Assembly (NCBI RefSeq): GCF_006345805.1
Contig: NC_043022.1
Location: 7,006,001 to 7,070,000, forward strand
Direction: 5' to 3'
Origin: Octopus sinensis
Taxonomy: Eukaryota
DNA: 64,000 bases
Shown: in pieces, positions 1-13,040 of the stretch
How positions within the stretch are numbered: the first letter of the stretch is position 1
How the letters are laid out: each line of letters begins with the position of its first letter
The notes under the pieces: generated by a model
Told to the model about the DNA's origin: nothing
Databases searched by the model: none
What the model saw: the letters and a program-made list of their open reading frames with translations, nothing else
Position numbers and translations under genes: made by a program

Positions 1-154
1 CGGAGCTCTTCGTCGGAAACAAGGAGAAGGAAAGATCCCGAGAAGGGAAGACAGAGGAAAAAAATATTTTTGCTGGTGGTGCTCAAGAGATCACATGTTG
101 AAAGAACAGGAGTTGAGAGGTAGACGACCATATATATATATATGTATGTGTGTC

Positions 155-205
<51 letters not shown>

Positions 206-658
206 TGATAGAAATGGTAAGACAACAAAAGAATGAAAGAGACCTCGATATTATGTAAATAGAGGAATTTATCTGTAAATATAATATCTCACAATTATTT
301 GGTAGCCATGATAAAACTGCGAGTTTTGGATGACAGGCTGGAAACCCATGGTGCCATCTCTTCAGTCGGATAACTGAAGAGATGGTGGTGTGGGTTTCTG
401 CCCCGACATCCGAAACTCAGAGTTTTATCATGGCTACTGAATAATTGTCACATATTATATTTACAGATATATATATATATATGTGTGTGTTTGTGTGTTT
501 GTATAGGAAATCCTTTAAGGAGAACCAAAACAGGGGCTGGTATATCTTTTCTTATTGATGCTGATGTAAATAATGGAGATGATTGCAATGATGGTCGTGA
601 TGATGATGATGATGATGATGATGATAATAACTTTGTCTCTTTCTGTTTCTTTTTGCAG

Positions 659-702
659 GATGGGACGAAACTTTATGATGACATCGACCCAAGTCATGTT
701 GG
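659..702 (+). CDS. AFAP1-like: exon (44 nt, phase 0->2): DGTKLYDDIDPSHV(G)
   Basis: Acceptor tttctttttgcag, donor GTAAGT; joins the next exon in frame. Confidence 0.8.
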
Positions 703-763
703 GTAAGTTTTGCCACTGTAATAGTAGTAGTAGTAGTAGTGGTAGTGGTGGTGGCGGTGGTGG

Positions 764-794
<31 letters not shown>

Positions 795-1595
795 TATTGC
801 TGTTGAGCCCCAGGCCAGCAGCACTGGTTGAGCGGACCTATGATTATAGAAGTTCCACTCTACACGAAGACCCCAATATCTGGCCCTTCTATATTTGAAA
901 TCTCTCAACTCGCACATCCTCTCAATACTACTCCTCCCCTTCCCATTTGAAGGGATCTTGTCTTGCAATGTACTTGGTGACCCTGTCAATGCTGGTGCCA
1001 CATAAAAAGCACTCAGTCCACTTTGTAAAGGGGTTGGTGTTAGGAAGGGCATCCAGCCTTAGAAACCATGCCAAAACAGATACTAGAGCTTGGTGCAGTC
1101 TTCTGACTTGCCAGCTCCTATCAAATCATCCAACCCATGCCAGCATGGAAAACAGACATTAAATGATGATGTTTAACGTGTTTTTCTTTTATGGCGTGAT
1201 TTGAGATGGATTGGGGTCTTATTTCTTGCAAGGTAAGTGACCCTTTAGAGGTTGTTCAGTCTCAGGGCAGTAAAACCTTAATCCATTAACTGCCAAATTC
1301 TTTTAATTTATATTTTTTGGCTTTGCCAGGTGTCTTAGGAGTTAAATTAATATAACAGTATTTAAATTTTCTTCATATGTGAATTATTTTGGAAATTAGG
1401 ATAAATTTTTCGAGAAGTCCCAAATGGAGATCGCTGCAAAAAAAAAAAGAAGCATATTTATCCTTTTCTATTCAATTGCAATAATAAACATTTTAGTCTT
1501 TTGGAAATTATAGAATTAAATGTGAATCTGTATGAAATATCAGTGAATGATATAATAGATGGGAATTGCAAAAAAGAAAAAAAGAAATGGAAAAC

Positions 1596-1757
1596 GTGGC
1601 TGTGTGGTAAGTAGCTTGCTAACCAACCACATGGTTCCGGGTTCAGTCCCACTGCGTGGCACCTTGGGCAAGTGTCTTCTGCTGTAGTCCCGGGCCGACC
1701 AATGCCTTGTGAGTGGATTTGGTAGACGGAAACTGAAAGAAGCCTGTCGTATATATG

Positions 1758-1788
<31 letters not shown>

Positions 1789-1995
1789 TTGTGTGTCTGT
1801 GTTTGTCCCCCTAGCATTGCTTGACAACCGATGCTGGTGTGTTTACGTCCCCGTCACTTAGCGGTTCGGCAAAAGAGACCAATAGAATAAGTACTGCGCT
1901 TACAAAGAATAAGTCCCGGGGTCGATTTGCTCGACTAAAGGCGGTGCTCCAGCATGGCCGCAGTCAAATGACTGAAACAAGTAAAAGAGAAAAAA
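1596..1995 (+). mobile_element. tRNA-head SINE, family A (near full length)
   Basis: Near-identical copies recur more than 10 times in the window. Confidence 0.9.
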
Positions 1996-2269
1996 GTAAA
2001 AGAGAAAGAGTTTCCAAAACAGTGAATATTTTTGTAGTTCAAAAATTGCAATTTATGACATAAAATGTCCTCTAGAATTAGCCAGAGCTAATAATGACAA
2101 ACTTTAACGACTAAATATTGTAAAACTCTGCAAATGCAACAATGTCCATAAGCAATTCACTTTAAATACAACGAACAACCAGCACTGAGACTGGTTTTAG
2201 CAGATCCCCAAATGGGGCACATGGAAGGCAAGGGGTTAATGACTGATTTTTGGAAACCCTCACAGCATT

Positions 2270-2645
2270 GATTACTTTTACTTGTTTCGGTCATTGGACT
2301 GTGGCCATGCTGGGGCACCAGCTTCAAGAGTTTTTATTCAAATGAACTGACCCCAGTGTTTATTGTTTTTAAGCTTGGTACTGATTCTATCGACCTCTTT
2401 TGCTGAACTGCTAAGTTACAGGAATGTAAACACACCAACACCCATTGTCAAGTGTTGGTGGGGAATAGACACAAACACACACACATATGATGAGCTTTTT
2501 TCAGTTTTCATTTACCAAATCCACTCACAGGGCTTTGGTCGGCTCGAGGCTATAGCAGAAGACCCTTGCTGAAGGTGCAATGCAGTGGGACTGAACCCAG
2601 AAACATGTGATTGGGAAACAAACTTCTTACCACACAACCATGTCT
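2270..2645 (-). mobile_element. SINE family A, diverged
   Basis: Reverse-complement similarity to 1596-1995. Confidence 0.8.
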
Positions 2646-2806
2646 ATATGGAGTTTCTAAAGACCAGAATTGTCTTTGGTTCCTGGTCTGTTGAGCTGGG
2701 GTTAAATAACAGCCAAAATATCATTCCATGAACCAAAGTTAAATCTTCATTTAAGATTTTTTTATTTTCATTTTTATCTTTTATTTATTTATTTATGTTT
2801 TTAAAG

Positions 2807-3153
2807 GGAAACTTCCGATAATGAAGATTCTGATTTGTATGAAATTCCGGTCACCCAGACTTCGGAAGAGAGCAACCATGCCGTTGAACCGGTTGTCGAA
2901 GTGATTGAGTGCGGTAACCATGACGATGCCTCCTCAGAAGAAGCTGCTGTCTCCCCATCAACGAACCGACCGCCGTTGCCACCACGAAAGGCCATCACAT
3001 CGGAACCAATCAGGTTAGAGAGTGGTCGCAAGAATGGCAACCGTCTGCTGTGGAGTTTACCCCCCCAGTTGCCTGCGAGGCCCCAGTTGGCCACCCGCAG
3101 GGAAATATATGCCATGATGTCGGAGAAATCAGAACACACGGACGACAACTCTG
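2807..3153 (+). CDS. AFAP1-like: exon (347 nt, 2->1): ETSDNEDSDLYEIPV...RPPLPPRK...DDNS
   Basis: Acceptor ttttaaag, donor GTGAGG; open frame matches ORF 2835-3197; YEIP and PxxPxR motifs. Confidence 0.85.
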
Positions 3154-3199
3154 GTGAGGAACGGCTTTTGTTTGTTGGTTTTCTTTTGTTCTTTTAGTC

Positions 3200-3428
3200 T
3201 TTTTACGTGTTTCATTCTTTAGACTGCGGCCATGCTGGGGCACTGACTTGAAGACATTTTCTTTGGTCAAACGAATTGACCCCAGGACTTACGTTTTGTC
3301 TTTTTTTTTTTTTAAGCCTGGTACTTATGTTATCAGTCTCTTTTGCTGAACTGCTAAGTTACATGGATATAAACACACCAACACCGGTTGTCAAATGGTG
3401 GCAGGGGAAAAACACAGACACAAAGACA

Positions 3429-3462
<34 letters not shown>

Positions 3463-3630
3463 TACAGATGGACAAACAGACAGACAGGTAGATAGATAGA
3501 TACATCCATACATACATACATAGTTATGAATGTATATGATGGACTTCTTTCAGTTTCCATCTACCCACTCCACTGACAAGGCTTTGGTTGGTCTGAGGCT
3601 ATAGATGAAGATACTTGCCCAAGGTGCAAG
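3200..3630 (-). mobile_element. SINE family A, diverged
   Basis: Reverse-complement similarity to 1596-1995. Confidence 0.8.
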
Positions 3631-3945
3631 TGCTAAGAGGAATTCTTAAAAAGTCTTCAAGGCAGTGCTCCAGTATGACCGTGGACTAATGACTGAAATA
3701 ACTAAAAGATAAAAGAAAAGACAAGTTTGTAGGAATAACTTTTTCTTTACAAATCAAGTGTTTTGAACATAAATTAGTCTGAAATCCGAAATGAAAGTTT
3801 TGCTTGAGATTATTTTAAAACAAGCAGTTTGCATCATAGAAGCAGGGGCCATTTCAGATGGGTTGTTATTGAAAGGATTAACAGTGTGGCCCTGTTTTAG
3901 GACCACCAGTTGATGTTGTTGTTTATGGTCTTGTTTACTTTCCAG

Positions 3946-3963
3946 GCCCCGAATACCTGCACC
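3946..3963 (+). CDS. AFAP1-like: 18-nt microexon (1->1): (G)PEYLH(H)
   Basis: Acceptor ttgtttactttccag, donor GTAAGT; symmetric phase 1, no stop. Confidence 0.65.
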
Positions 3964-4463
3964 GTAAGTGGATTATGAGTGTTACACAACTTTCTGCTTA
4001 CCAACGAGAGATGACCGATGTCCTTACGAAAATAAGAAAGGCAGGAAAGTGAAAGTAGATAGAGTTTAGTAACAACCCTTCACTGTAGGCATCACTGTTG
4101 GGGCTCCTTCCCTCTACACACACATGCACACCCACACACATGCACACCCATACATGTGCACATGCACACATACACACACACACTCTCTCTCTCTCTCTCT
4201 CTTTTCCCCTGTTATTTTGGATGATGGTGATGATGATACGGGGGTGGGGGTAGAGGTGAGAGACATAGCATACACGTTTCGTCATACTCCATTCAACTCC
4301 CACTCAAATTATTCCCCCCCCCACTCTCTCTCATTCTTCCATTTGTTATTTTTCATGATGACAATAACAAAAAGAGTGAGTGCGGCACACAGTTATAGTG
4401 TAGTTGTTACACTCCACTTTCCCTCACACTCTCACTCTCATCATACCTCTACCAATTATGAGG

Positions 4464-4735
4464 ATGAAGAAGAGTGACAGGGAGCATGGGAGTAGATTGT
4501 CAGTATTAGTTTAGTCACACTCCACTCCACCCTCACTCTGTTCTCATCATTCTCACTCTACCTCCACTCATCACCCACCCACCTGATGTTTTCAGTGATG
4601 TCAATGAAGACGAGTGACAGGGAGCATGGGAGTAGATTGTCAGTATTAGTTTAGTCACACTCCACTCCACCCTCACTCTGTTCTCATCATTCTCACTCTA
4701 CCTCCACTCATCACCCACCCACCTGATGTTTTCAG
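4464..4735. repeat. direct duplication, 140-bp period
   Basis: 4464-4595 matches 4604-4735, with one mismatch seen. Confidence 0.9.
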
Positions 4736-4959
4736 GACAGAGAAGAGCAGAATCTGTTTGGTTTAGTAAAGAAATAATGGTGGAGGGAATTTAGGAACTT
4801 AGAAGAGATTCTTAGGCAAGACGTCACAACAAAGGGGGCGAGATGGCCCCTAGACCAATTCATCAGTGTTAAGCACAAAGAATGCATTGTCAGATCTAAG
4901 ACACATACACCAAGAAATGAGGGGGAAAAAGCCACATGATGGGCTCGAGTGGCAGAGGT

Positions 4960-5256
4960 GCAATATGGCAACATAGACACAATAGAGCGTCGGCTGAGGG
5001 GTCATTCCGAAAAGCTCTACCTGCGACGATTTCATCTCAATCGAAGGAGAGGAGCTTTCTCCGTCCGGGTTGCGGATCCGTGGAACAAGCTGCCAGACGA
5101 GATGGTGAAGATGCCGACGACCACTTTGTTCAAAGCCTCCCTTGACCTCAAGTGGCCTGAACTCTTTACATGAACACCACCCTGTACTTAACTCCATGTC
5201 CCCCTACAAGGCCTTGCTATTTGCTTTTGAGCCAAATTAACTAACTAACTAACTAA
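4960..5256 (+). mobile_element. CR1/L2-like LINE 3' end
   Basis: RGHSEKL...AFSVRVADPWNKLP...FKASLD C-terminal motif, followed by a (TAAC)n tail. Confidence 0.75.
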
Positions 5257-5559
5257 ATTTGGTCTTTGATGAACTAAAATGGGTGTGTAGTACTCAAGCC
5301 CAAGTAGATGAGTAGATGTGTGCAGCATTTCAGCAGCTCTACACTCAACTGTTTGGGATGACTGGCAGTCTGGAATGCAGGACAGACTTCAGTGCCTACC
5401 TTAACAACATCCTATGACTCTCGGCGGGGGGGGGGGGCAGTATGTTGTGAAAGGCTGACAACATCCGCAGAAATATGGGATGTGATGACAGGCTGCACAG
5501 AGAGTAAAATGGCGTGGTTTGGATGGTTTCCCCTATGGGCTTCACTTTTATATGTCAGA

Positions 5560-7325
5560 CTTGTTGAGTGACCCCTTAGTAGATATCTACCATAACTGAC
5601 AGCAGAGCAGGAGAATTTTTAGTTCTGTGAGTTGAGGAGTGGTGACACTGTTGAGAAAAGACCCAAACAAAGGGTATCAAATAGAAAATTTTAGGCCCCT
5701 AATGTTGCCATATGCAGCTTTCAAAATTTTGGCCAAGGTGTTAATGAAGAAGTTTGTGCTTGTCATTCAGGAAATAAGTAGAGGTGCACAATCAAATCCC
5801 AAGCAAACCCATCCACAACAATCTCCTCCTCATGTGATACAACTTAGACAGGGTGAGTAAAGAAGGTGGCACTGGGCACATGGACCTTGTTGATACTGCT
5901 CTAAAAGATTACGAGGTAGTGACAAGAGCAAATTAATGAAGAAAAGTCAGTTGTCCTGCAGCTCGGCACCTGGAGAGGCAGATCCATGCCACTCTATAGC
6001 ATTGTGGGATGCTGGATGGAGAGCCTGGTTAAATTGTTTGGGGTCTAGTTTGGTCCAGATCTTCACGTGGAAAAGAACTGGGATGAGGTGACAAGCAGGG
6101 TAGCCATTCTCACTTGGAAGTGGGCCAAGAGAAAGCTGTCTCTGAAAGGTCAGGCAAAGGTGGAAAATTCATACATCACTTCTGTCAACGCTGTCTGACC
6201 GTTGTGCCTTGCCCCAGTTACTATCTGACCAAACTGGAGTGCATACTCTTTTACTTTCTGTGGAAGGTACACATTCCACTGGTCAGGTACTCCATTTTGT
6301 GTCACCACCCACTGAATGGAGGACTAGGAATGCTGCAGCTGATGATGTGCAGATGTGCACTGAGGCTATGGCATCTCCAGTACTTCCTCGATGGTTAGCA
6401 GGATTTTCCCTAGCTTGTCTCTTTGACTGAGCTGCATTCTTGGATCAAGCATGGTCCAAGGCAGGGCTCTTGGGCATGGTCTTCTGTCAGTTGGCAGAAA
6501 GTGTAATGATGTTCTTGGGATGACTCTATGCATTGACAAAAATCAACTGGTTGGTTTCTTCTGGAGGACTTTTGGGTCAGGGTCCATGGATAATTTCCAG
6601 AAATCCCTGGCCTGTCAGTGTTTCCAGGAAGCATTGCTGGTTCAGGATAAACTCTACAGGTATGGAAGTTCCTTCAGCTCAGCTTCCTTGAAATGCATGC
6701 AGAGTGATGATACTTCTGCATGCTCTTGTCCAGTACCTGACTTGTGGATTTATGTTGGACACCTGTGGTCACACACAGGTCAAATTTGGCTATTAGCTGA
6801 GTCCATTGTGAAGATCACCCCACCACCTTCCTTTGGCAGGGAAGGACAGGTTGTGTTTATTTGTCAGGTGGCATTAGAAAAAGAGGTTGTGTGGTGGACC
6901 AGACTGAAAGGGTTGAAAACTTTCCTCTTTGGTGAAGCCCTCTTCAGGTTTCACTTGAAAAGGAAAGTGAAAGTAGAGAAGTAGAGTGCTGCCTCCCAAT
7001 AATTTTGTTAAAAGGTGAGTGAATGTAGCAAGAACAGTCCCAGTGAACAGGCTCACTCTCAGTACGTGTCTGTAGATTGAAGGAAGATCATGTGGAGAGA
7101 GCAGTTGTGCTTGCAGCCAGGGCAACTGTGGTTTTGTGAAGTTCCCGTGAGCAGCCCTAGGAAGTCTTCCTCTTAAGAGGGAGTTTTCTGTTGTTAGAAT
7201 TTATGTTAGAATTTGCACACTTTTATTTATGTAACCCCCACATTGTATTGTCCTCTACCAGCCACAATGTTTTTTTCTTTGTGAACCCTTAGTGGTAAAT
7301 AAAGAAGTATTATTATTATGATTAA
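5560..7325 (+). mobile_element. degenerate L1/Tx1-like LINE ORF2 remnant
   Basis: VTLLRKDPNKG..IENFRPL...FKILAKVL and FYFLWK...GGLGM fragments, with many frameshifts; AATAAA and (TAT)n tail at the end. Confidence 0.75.
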
Positions 7326-7744
7326 GGCAGCTGAATCGTTAGCATGCCGGGCAAAATGCTTAACAGTATTTCACCTGTAGCTATGTTCTGAGTTCAAATT
7401 CCACTGAGTTCAACTTTGCCTTTCATCCTTTCAGGGTCAATTAATTAAGTACCAGTTCAGTACTAGGGTCAATGTAATCACCTGCCCCTCCTGCAAAATT
7501 GCTGGCCTTGTGGCAAAATTTGAAACCATTGTTATAATTATAATTATTATTAATATTTATTACAACTGATATTTGTTATAGTAATAATGATTGATTGAGT
7601 GATTCTAGTTTCAGCTCACGAGCTGTGGCCATGCTGGGGCACCGCCATTTTAAAATAATGTTGACTTATTGTTATTAGTTCTAGCATTTATAATTTGTTT
7701 ATTACTGTGATCACTATAACCACCACCACCACCACCACCACCAC

Positions 7745-7975
7745 CATCTATTTCTTTATTACCCACAAGGGGCTAAACATAGAGGGGACAAACAAGGACA
7801 GACATAGGTATTAAGTCGATTACATCGACCCCAGTGCGTAACTGGTACTTAATTTATCGACCCTGAAAGGATGAAAGGTAAAGTCGACCTTGGCGGAATT
7901 TGAACTCACAACGTAACGCAGACGAAATACCGCTAAGCATTTCGCCCGTGCTAACGTTTCTGCCAGCTCGCTGCC
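7745..7975 (-). mobile_element. tRNA-derived SINE family B (MetaSINE-like core)
   Basis: Core GTCGACTTTGCCTTTCATCCTTTC.GGGTCGATAAATTAAGTACCAG resembles the Meta domain as I recall it. Further copies at ~7325-7530, 13690-13830, 24335-24520, 37480-37640, 43930-44560 and 50100-50320. Confidence 0.8.
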
Positions 7976-8141
7976 TTCACCACCACCACCACCACCACAA
8001 CCACCACCAATGCCACTACCGCAAACACACCCCACCACCACCACCATCCTTATTCCTACCTTTATCTATTATAGCCACTAGTTTCTGTCTTTGGTGCTTT
8101 TGTCTTTTTTGTTGTTTTTATTGCATCATCGTATATCATTG

Positions 8142-8176
<35 letters not shown>

Positions 8177-8374
8177 GTTGTTGATGATGTTTCTGATGAA
8201 AAGAGGATTATTAATTATTGATTACATTCAGTCGTGTTTGTTTGTTGTTTTGTCCTTGATGTTGTTGTTGTTCTCTCTTTTCTCTAACCCCCACCCCCGC
8301 CTGCCGCTGCTGTTATTGGGACAACAATAGCAACAACAAAACCAGGAATTGAGTAAATACCTGAGAAGAAATAC

Positions 8375-9150
8375 ACACCACCACCACCACCACGTGGTGG
8401 TGGTAGTTGTTGTGGTGGTAGTGGCAGTGGTGGTGGTGGCAGTGGTAGTGGTGGTGGTAGTTGTTGTGGTGGTGGTGGCAGTGGTGGTGGTGGTGGTTGT
8501 GGTAGTTGTTGTGGTGGTGGTGGTAGTGGTGGCAGTGTTGGTGGTGGTGGTGGTTGTTGTGGTGGTGGTGGCAGTGGTGGTGGTGGTGGTAGTTGTTGTG
8601 GTGGTGGTGGCAGTGGTGGTGGTGTGGTAGTTGTTGTGGTGGTGGTGGCAGTGGTGGTGGTAGTGGTGGCAGTGGTGGTGGTGGTGGTGGTTGTTGTGGT
8701 GGTGGTGGTGGTGGTGGTTGTTGTGGTGGTGGTGGCAGTGGTGGTGGTGGTGGTGGTTGTTGTGGTGGTGGTGGTAGTGGTGGCAGTGGTGGTGGTGGTG
8801 GTTGTGGTAGTTGTTGTGGTGGTGGTGGCAGTGGTGACAGTGGTGGTGGTGGTGGTGGTTGTTGTGGTGGTGGTGGCAGTGGTGGTGGTTTGTGGTATTG
8901 GTTTGTGGTGGTGGTGGCAGTGGTGGTGGTAGTGGTGGCAGTGGTGGTGGTGGTGGTTGTTGTGGTGGTAGTGGTGGCAGTGGTGGTGGTGGTGGTTGTG
9001 GTAGTTGTTGTGGTGGTGGTGGCAGTGGTGGTGGTAGTGGTGGCAGTGGTGGTGGTGGTGGTGGTTGTTGTGGTGGTGGTGGCAGTGGTGGTGGTGGTGG
9101 TAGTTGTTGTGGTGGTGGTGGTGGCAGTGGTGGTGGCGGTGGTGAGTGAG
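8375..9150. repeat. compound (GTG/GTT/GCA/GTA)n triplet satellite
   Basis: Visible directly; it accounts for the poly-V/T/H/P ORFs. Confidence 0.95.
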
Positions 9151-9629
9151 TGATCGAGCGAGCAGTCCACCTTGTTGTCATGGTGACTGTCCCAACAAAC
9201 CATGGTGACATGTGACTCAACTCAACTGACATCCAATCCTTCGCATCAAATATTTCTTCTTTCAATTCAGTCCTTTTCCCCACTCACGTCTCAGTGTCTC
9301 TGCTTTTATGTGTGGTGTGTGTGTGTGCATGCGTGCGCCCTTGTATGCGTATTTGTGTGTGTGTGTGTGAGTGTGTGTATGTGTGCATGTACAAGTGTGC
9401 GTGTATGTATGCCTATGTGCGTACATATCGGTTTGTGTGTGTACCTGTGTATGTGTGTATATATATATGTGTGTGTGTATATATACATATATATACATAT
9501 ATAATATATATATATATATAGTAATAGTAAGCAAATTTGTGTGTGTGTGTATGTGTGCATGTACAAGTGTGTGTGTATGTATGCCTATGTGCGTACATAT
9601 CTGTTTGTGTGTGTACCTGTGTATGTGTG

Positions 9630-9676
<47 letters not shown>

Positions 9677-10019
9677 ATAGTAAGCAAATTTAAAAGATAT
9701 ATGTGAGTATCTACCTGTATGTGTCTGTCTGTGTGTCTTTGATTAATATTTATCTTTGTAAACATAGGTGAAAAAAATAAACAACCAAAACTTGACCTTT
9801 TCCCCCCCTCCCATGCTCTTTGAACAAAGTCCTCTGTTGATATTCGTTCAGCCCTGAGGTAAAGACACTCCCCTAACACTGTTTCTGTCAGTGATACAGA
9901 GAACCAGTAATTATCTTGTGGCAAACATTTTAACTTGTCAGGACATAATCAATAGGGCCAGGCGGGTGTGTGTGTGGGGGGTGGTGCGCACGTGCGTGTG
10001 TGTGTGTGTGGGTGTGTCT

Positions 10020-10290
10020 ATTCTTTTATTCTTTTACTTGTTTCAGTCATTTGACTGCGGCCATGCTGGAGCACCATTGAGGGGGGGGAGGTTTTAGTCA
10101 AAGAAATGAACCCCAGGGCTTATTCTTTGTAAGCCTAGTATTTATTCTAGCTTGCTAAGAATATAAAAAAAAAATTATTCTATTGGTCCCTTTTGCCGAA
10201 CCACTAAGTTACAGGGATGTAAACACACCAACATCGGTTGTCAAGCTATGATAGGGGGACCAATACAGATACAAAGACACACATAAATAT
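10020..10290 (-). mobile_element. SINE family A, 3' half
   Basis: Similarity to other copies. Confidence 0.8.
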
Positions 10291-10662
10291 ATGCATACAT
10301 ACATACATACATATATACATACATACATATATATATATATAAACAAATCAAATTGCGATAAAATAAAAATAATTATAATCGCTGGTATTTCTAACACAAG
10401 CCATATATTTTCCATATATCAGTACATTAAGGCGAAATATGTGCTAGGAACACAGAAGCTAGACAAATTTAGTGAAATGAAGATAAAAACATTTACTAAC
10501 TCGGTTATTCTCAGACTGCAGTTTCTTTCTTTTCAGCAATAAAGATAATTTATTTGCTCAGGGAGAATTCATCAGTGAGAGCCCTGTTTTTCTGAGATCC
10601 TAACTCACTAGAAGCATGTGCTTCTAATGATTTACTCTCTCTAACTAATCAGATCACTGCGC

Positions 10663-10701
<39 letters not shown>

Positions 10702-10705
<4 letters not shown>

Positions 10706-11350
10706 AGGAGTGGCTGTGTGGTAAGTAGCTTGTTTACCAACCACATGGTTCCGGGTTCAGTCCCACTGCGTGGCACCTTGGGCAAGTGTCTTCTACTATA
10801 GCCTTGGGCCGACCAAAGCCTTGTGAGTGGATTTAGTAGACGGAAACTGAAGGAAGCCCATCGTATATATGTATATATATATGTGGAGGCGCAATGGCCT
10901 AGTGGTTAGGGCAGCGGACTTGCGGTCGGAGGATCGTGGTTTCGATTCCCAGACCGGGCGTTGTGTGTGTTTATTGAGCGAAAAACACCTAAAAGCTCCA
11001 CGAGGCTCCGGCAGGGGATGGTGGTGATCCCTGCTGTACTCTTTCACTCTTTCCCCACTCTAAAGGCGGCTCCCAGCATGGGCGCAGTCAAATGACTGAA
11101 ACAAGTACAAAAAAAAAAAAAATATGTATGTGTATGTGTATTTGTGTGTCTGTGTTTGTCCCCTAGCATTGCTTGACAACCGATGCTGGTGTGTTTATGT
11201 CCCTGTCACTTAGCGGTTCGGCAAAAAAAGACCGATAGAATAAGTACTGGGCTTACAAAAGAATAAGTCTCGGGGTCGAGTTGCTCGATTAAAGGCGGTG
11301 CTCCAGCATGGCCGCAGTCAAATGACTGAAACAAGTAAAAGAGTAAAGAG
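10702..11350 (+). mobile_element. SINE family A composite, interrupted by a different tRNA-derived SINE (10885-~11060)
   Basis: A-head, then GGAGGCGCAATGGCCTAGTGGTTAGG (A box) with a B-box-like GGTTTCGATTCCC, then the A body and tail. Confidence 0.85.
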
Positions 11351-12242
11351 TAATATATATATATATATATATATATATTATACGATGGGCTTCTTCCAGT
11401 TTCCGTCTGCCAAATCCACTCACAAGGCTTAGGGTGCCACTCAGTGGGACTGAACCCAGAACCATGAGGTTGGGAAGCAAGCTACCCACCACACAGCCAT
11501 GCCTGTGCCTAAACACACACACACACACACACACACATCTTTTATTCTTTACTTGTTTCAGTGAGTAGATTGTGGCCATGCTGGGGCACCACCTTGAGTT
11601 GTAGTCAAATGAATAAACTAGCAGTGGTGGTGGTGGGGAGGGCCAGGTAATGATAACGATGGGGAGGTAGTGGTGGTGGTGGTGGTGGTGGTGGTGGGGT
11701 GTATCATCCTGTTATCAGTTTTTATTATATTTCATTGGTTTCAGTACAAAAGGATGGGGACGGGGGAGGAGGAGGAAACCAGTAAAAAAAAAAAAAGCAT
11801 AAAACAAAGAAAAATCAATGTTGTTTTTGTTGTTGTTGTTATCTATTTTTGTGCGATCTCAGGAATCAATGTAACAAGTATATTGAAGAGAAGCTGGTAG
11901 AAGATGGGTGGACTGCATATAGAAACGTGGTGGTGGTGGTGGCGGCGATGACGACAGGTGATAATAATGATTATAAGGACTATGGCAATGACAGTGATGA
12001 GGATGGTTGTTGCTGACAGCAGCACAAGGCTGCAGAAATTATTTTGCCACAAGAGCAACATTTGAGGGAACATTGCAAGGAAATGTTCCCTCAAATATGA
12101 GGAAATGATGGGGTGTTTATTTTTTTTTCTGAAGACTTGATTAAAAAACCAAAAAAAATGCAAAAGGAATTAAATGAAATGTTGTAAAAGGGGTCAGGCG
12201 GGGCAGGTATGGAGGGGGAATCAAGAAATGACTGAGATTTAA

Positions 12243-12461
12243 CCCTTTAGTATTTAAACCGGCCATATCTGGCCAAAATAGTTAATCTGTTTTACATTCA
12301 AACTGACCAGATCCAGGCTCTCACACCTACCCTACAATGTTATTCTACATTAAGTAATTACACCATCAAGATCTTAAAGATATGAGATAATTCATGATTA
12401 ATTCAAATCAATGGGAATCAATAGGCATTATGTTTGATAGAATAATCTGAACACTAAAGGG
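12243..12461. mobile_element. piggyBac-like MITE
   Basis: CCCTTTAG...CTAAAGGG ends, TTAA on both sides. Confidence 0.75.
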
Positions 12462-13040
12462 TTAAATTACCCCTTATTATCTATGGTATCTGCCCTCCTC
12501 CCTGAGCTGTGGCAATCAGAAGTTCAAACAATTAGTATAAGGACACACTGTATAACAGGTAAGTACAAAAGAAAGGAGAATTATGTATACTTTAATCAGC
12601 TTACACCTGTTTCGAATAGCCTGGCATTTCAAAATTCTGTCGTTCAGAAATCAGGAATATTAAGATTCTCCAAAGAGAGGCAAGTTTAACGCCATTCTTT
12701 CCTTGTTGAAACTAAGGAACGGATGCTGTTGAATTTGTCGCTAGAGAATTTTAGTTGACCAAATACGGCATCAACTACTATTCATGGTTTCTGCATTGTA
12801 GCATTTTGAAATGCTGGGCTATTCAAAATGTGTATAAGCTGATTAATGTATGTATAATACTGCTTATCTGTCTGTCGTCTGTCTGTCTGTCTCTCTCTCT
12901 CTCTATATATATATATATTATATTAAATTAGAGACAAAACCACTATTAGGCAAATCAAACAATGAAAGACTTAAGCCAATACATATGATTAATTTATATT
13001 ATTTAAATATGTAACAATTATTAAAAAATATAATTAATAT

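Noticed and set aside
8228-9283. Long poly-P/H/T/V ORFs
   Set aside because: Translations of a triplet satellite.
10885-10960. tRNA gene
   Set aside because: A/B boxes are present, but there is no proper acceptor stem and it continues into a SINE body; the same applies to 59509-59580.
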